DNA of 64,000 bases from an uncultured Alphaproteobacteria bacterium. GTDB lineage: Bacteria; Pseudomonadota; Alphaproteobacteria; Rs-D84. This document shows, piece by piece, positions 60,836 through 64,000 of the stretch (position 1 is the first letter of the stretch; the number at the start of each line of letters is the position of its first letter). A program made the translations under genes and the position numbers. The notes under the pieces were generated by a model that saw nothing but the letters and a program-made list of their open reading frames with translations, made no database searches and was not told the DNA's origin. The stretch spans positions 385,364 through 449,363 of the forward strand of contig CALXOX010000001.1 of the NCBI GenBank assembly GCA_944390125.1, in the 5' to 3' direction.

Positions 60836-63800
60836 ATGAACTTTCTGAAAAAAACTGTAGGTTTCTTGGCTGTTTGCGGCGTTGTGCCTGCTGCATATGC
60901 GCTTACTGCGCGTCCAAGCGTTGTCGGGGCTGCGTCTTCCAGACTGCCGACAATGACAGCGTACATCAATGGTTATGTAAATACGTCTGGTTCAACGTCT
61001 AATTTGTTAGACAATGCAGAATGTATTGATGCTTATACCTCTTGCTTAAAGGGGGCAGATGTTTGTGGTACTAATTTTGAAGAATGCACCACGAAGGTTT
61101 TGTTCCACGGAAAAATGCCACAGTGTTTAAGTACATTGGCGCAATGCTCGACGTCTGGTGTCAACGCATTGTTTGGTACGTCTTCTACAACGGCATTATC
61201 AAATGTTGCGTCCAAGAATTCTTATGGTGAAATAACAGATTATACTTATCCTACGGATGGCAGTGTTTTGGGACAAATGATTGCAGGCGCTGCAATTTCC
61301 AATATGTACAATACAAGCGACTGTGTCCGTCGTTACACTTCATGCTTACAGCGCGATAATGTTTGTGGTTCTGATTTTGAATTGTGCACAACTAATACAG
61401 AATTCAGAAAACAAATGGTTTACTGTGATTCTACTTTGGCGCGTTGTCAGAGTGATGGCAAAATTGAATTGTTTGGTTCTGCGACAGTGACTGGCAGTCC
61501 GGCAGCAGATAGTCGTGTTGGTATTATGATTACCGAGGGCGCGGCTTTGGCGGCAGTGAATGCTGTATCTACATGTTATAAAGTTGTGGATCAGTGTATT
61601 TTGAATGCTTGCGCAACTAACCCATACAAGTGTAATCCGGATTCAACAGTCAGCACAATTGATTTAGTTGATGCAATCAACACAGGTACTGCGGTCGATG
61701 TTTCTACATTAAACATGAGTGTTGATACAAACAGCAATTCTGCTGTACAGTCATATATCAAGAACGCATGCTTGGACACAATTGGTTCTAATAAGTATTG
61801 TTATGCGACTTTCTTGGGTAATGGTTCCATGCCAACATCATCTCAGTTGAGTGATGCAGATAACCAAGAAGATGTTTTTGCAGAAGCGTATGCTTCACGT
61901 ATGAATTCTTCTATGAAAGCACGTATTACAGAGTTGATTGAACAGTTTGATAGTGAAGCAAAGTCGAACTGTGCGAATACAATTAAGACATGTGCTATGC
62001 GCGTTTGTGGTGGCGGCAGCGGGGCTGCTTGTTATTCACAGGTGTTTGGTGCAACAGACAAGACAATCAACAATGCTGTAAGTTACGAAGAAATTAAAAC
62101 AGGTTGTTCTGATATTGTGAATACAGATGCGTATTGTAAATATGCTGCGGCAAATCCGGACAGCACGGGAGGTTATACTTACACATATATAAATAATAAT
62201 GCTTTTGATACTTTGTTCCCGAAGTACAGCAGCAACAGTGGTGACCCAATTGGTGTAATTGCGGCGTTGAATGCTTCTTTGGCAACAAGTTATAGTGACG
62301 CGGCAATTGCTCAGATGCGTACTCAGTGTGAATCTGTTGCAAAAAGCTGTGTGCGCTCTATGTGCGGTTCAGATTATAGTGGTTGTTATCGCAATCGTAC
62401 GGATGTTTATTCATCTTTAACTGATTCTGGTAATTCTGCATACGACGCCAGTATGAATAAAGTTGGTGGCGTATTGGATTACACAGTTGTATTAGGGTTG
62501 TGCTTAGATACAGTTAAGAATGCATCTGTATGTCAAGAACACTTAGCAATTGAACAGAACAAATTAAAGATTGCAGATTCGTCGAACAGTGCGTCATCTT
62601 GGGGTGCTGGTACAACGAGTGTTCGTGAAGGTTGGATTGACGCTGGTGCGGCAACCCAGGTAACAGCAAGCCAAGTTCAGGCAACAGACACAGAAGGAAA
62701 TCCTTTGTGCTCTGCATCTGACGGAAGTCAAGGTGTATGTTATTCTGTTGATGCAAATGGAAAGGTATATGACACACCAGTTTACACATCATATACAACA
62801 TATTTGCAGAATCAGGCGGCATCAACTTTGTTCCGTGATTTGGTATATGACTTAGAGAAAGAAGCTCAGGCTATATATAACAAGAAACTGACTGAAGAAC
62901 AGAATATGTGCTTGGCATCAAATAATGGTGGCGTATTAGCCAGCAATGATACGGGCAGCACATTTATGTGGGTGAAATTGAAATCTAAGAACGTGCCAAA
63001 TGACTATAGCGTTATGGGGCTGGAACGTAAGGATTTTGAAGCAAGTAATGATTTGTATGGTTCTTTCTGCAGCGTACAAGTAAGATTGCAGTCTGATGAT
63101 ATGGATATCCAGAAGGCAATGAATGGTGCGGATTGGGCAACAGCGTATTTCGCGGTTGGTGATACATTTACTTGCGGCAGCTGGATACCAGCAGATACCT
63201 TAGAAGATTTAGCAAATGCAGCTGTAAACGAAGCGACAAAAGATATGCGTGATAGACAAGGCAGAACAGAATTCTGGACAACACTGTTGGGTACTGTTGG
63301 TGGCGCTATCGGTGGCGGTTATTTAGGCGCAGGTATTCGGGACGGTACTGTATTTGGTAAGATGACCGGATTGAAGAAAGATTCCTCTGAAACGTCAATG
63401 GCAGTTAAGTATATTGACGCTATAAAGAATTCGATGAATTCTTCAAATCCTGATGTGGCTACAGTCACTAACTGGATGGTTTCTTTGAAAACGGAGGCAA
63501 AGAAGCTTAAAGTAAGTGACTCTGATATAACGCCTGCTGATAATGCTGTAGCAGTTTGGGCTTCGGCGCAGAAAACGTTGAATAGTGCATCTAAACCTAC
63601 AGAGGAACAGAAGTCTGCGGTTGTAACTGCAAAAACAAATGCTGTAAGCGCGTTAGATGTTTTGAAGACCGCTTGTGAGAATGCAGATGGTACAACCGAA
63701 AGCAAGAATCAGTGGTTGGCACCGACCTTGGGCGCTGTATTGACTAGTGCTGCGGGTGGTTTCTTGGTCAATAAGGCGACTCGCGATATTCAGGCATCTA

Positions 63801-63928
63801 ATTTGAGTTCTGCAGAAAAAGCTGCGTACGAAGAATGGATGAACAATGTCGGTAAACACATCAAATGTTATATCGGGCCAGATGAAGCTGGTGAGTACGG
63901 CGACATTTTGAGTGTAACCATGGAATAA
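60836..63928 (+). CDS. Large secreted Cys-repeat protein with C-terminal Gly-zipper helices
   Basis: Signal peptide ending AYA; duplicated C-x6-C-x6-C-x6-C unit; three C-x6-C-x4-C units; two hydrophobic Gly-rich segments near C-terminus. Confidence 0.8.
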   Translation: MNFLKKTVGFLAVCGVVPAAYALTARPSVVGAASSRLPTMTAYINGYVNTSGSTSNLLDNAECIDAYTSCLKGADVCGTNFEECTTKVLFHGKMPQCLSTLAQCSTSGVNALFGTSSTTALSNVASKNSYGEITDYTYPTDGSVLGQMIAGAAISNMYNTSDCVRRYTSCLQRDNVCGSDFELCTTNTEFRKQMVYCDSTLARCQSDGKIELFGSATVTGSPAADSRVGIMITEGAALAAVNAVSTCYKVVDQCILNACATNPYKCNPDSTVSTIDLVDAINTGTAVDVSTLNMSVDTNSNSAVQSYIKNACLDTIGSNKYCYATFLGNGSMPTSSQLSDADNQEDVFAEAYASRMNSSMKARITELIEQFDSEAKSNCANTIKTCAMRVCGGGSGAACYSQVFGATDKTINNAVSYEEIKTGCSDIVNTDAYCKYAAANPDSTGGYTYTYINNNAFDTLFPKYSSNSGDPIGVIAALNASLATSYSDAAIAQMRTQCESVAKSCVRSMCGSDYSGCYRNRTDVYSSLTDSGNSAYDASMNKVGGVLDYTVVLGLCLDTVKNASVCQEHLAIEQNKLKIADSSNSASSWGAGTTSVREGWIDAGAATQVTASQVQATDTEGNPLCSASDGSQGVCYSVDANGKVYDTPVYTSYTTYLQNQAASTLFRDLVYDLEKEAQAIYNKKLTEEQNMCLASNNGGVLASNDTGSTFMWVKLKSKNVPNDYSVMGLERKDFEASNDLYGSFCSVQVRLQSDDMDIQKAMNGADWATAYFAVGDTFTCGSWIPADTLEDLANAAVNEATKDMRDRQGRTEFWTTLLGTVGGAIGGGYLGAGIRDGTVFGKMTGLKKDSSETSMAVKYIDAIKNSMNSSNPDVATVTNWMVSLKTEAKKLKVSDSDITPADNAVAVWASAQKTLNSASKPTEEQKSAVVTAKTNAVSALDVLKTACENADGTTESKNQWLAPTLGAVLTSAAGGFLVNKATRDIQASNLSSAEKAAYEEWMNNVGKHIKCYIGPDEAGEYGDILSVTME

Positions 63929-63936
63929 TAAATATA

Positions 63937-63961
63937 ACCCGCCGAAAGGCGGGTGTTTTTT
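63937..63961 (+). terminator. Terminator
   Basis: ACCCGCC-GAAA-GGCGGGT-GTTTTTT. Confidence 0.88.
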
Positions 63962-64000
63962 ACTATATTATCTTGTTTTGGTTTTTTGCTTTAAAAAATC

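Overview
Chromosomal window from a compact, moderately AT-rich Gram-negative alphaproteobacterium. The lineage is inferred from the alpha-type SspB, DUF4167, RpoH and the LPS/Lpt/Bam genes; the Cys-rich secreted orphans suggest an uncultured gut lineage such as Rs-D84, but this is unverified. Most of the window is housekeeping: accBC, rnpA, mreB, recF, MacAB-TolC, gpsA, rsmG-parAB, pal, infC, mutS, truB-rpsO-pnp, rlmN, lptD/F, nusA-infB, der, rpoH, fabZ-lpxD-skp, dnaX, rluD, tRNA-Cys and tRNA-Val. No transposase, integrase, CRISPR array or rRNA was seen. Main discoveries: (1) two sequence-divergent but structurally identical ~200-nt leaders (3470-3650 and 27000-27225) resembling phage C4/CI antisense-RNA switches. 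Each has its own a/b address code and a mutually exclusive antiterminator/terminator fold, and they sit upstream of host-type genes (a Cys-rich secreted protein and a GT2 glycosyltransferase). (2) Two non-canonical parS-like palindromes (TTTCATATGAAACA) beside a ParB with altered specificity residues. (3) A dispersed type IVb-like pilus kit (PilS-like pilin plus three tandem PilV-like proteins) and an orphan VirD4. (4) A ~1030-aa Cys-repeat secreted protein. All calls were made by eye from motifs; no database search was run.
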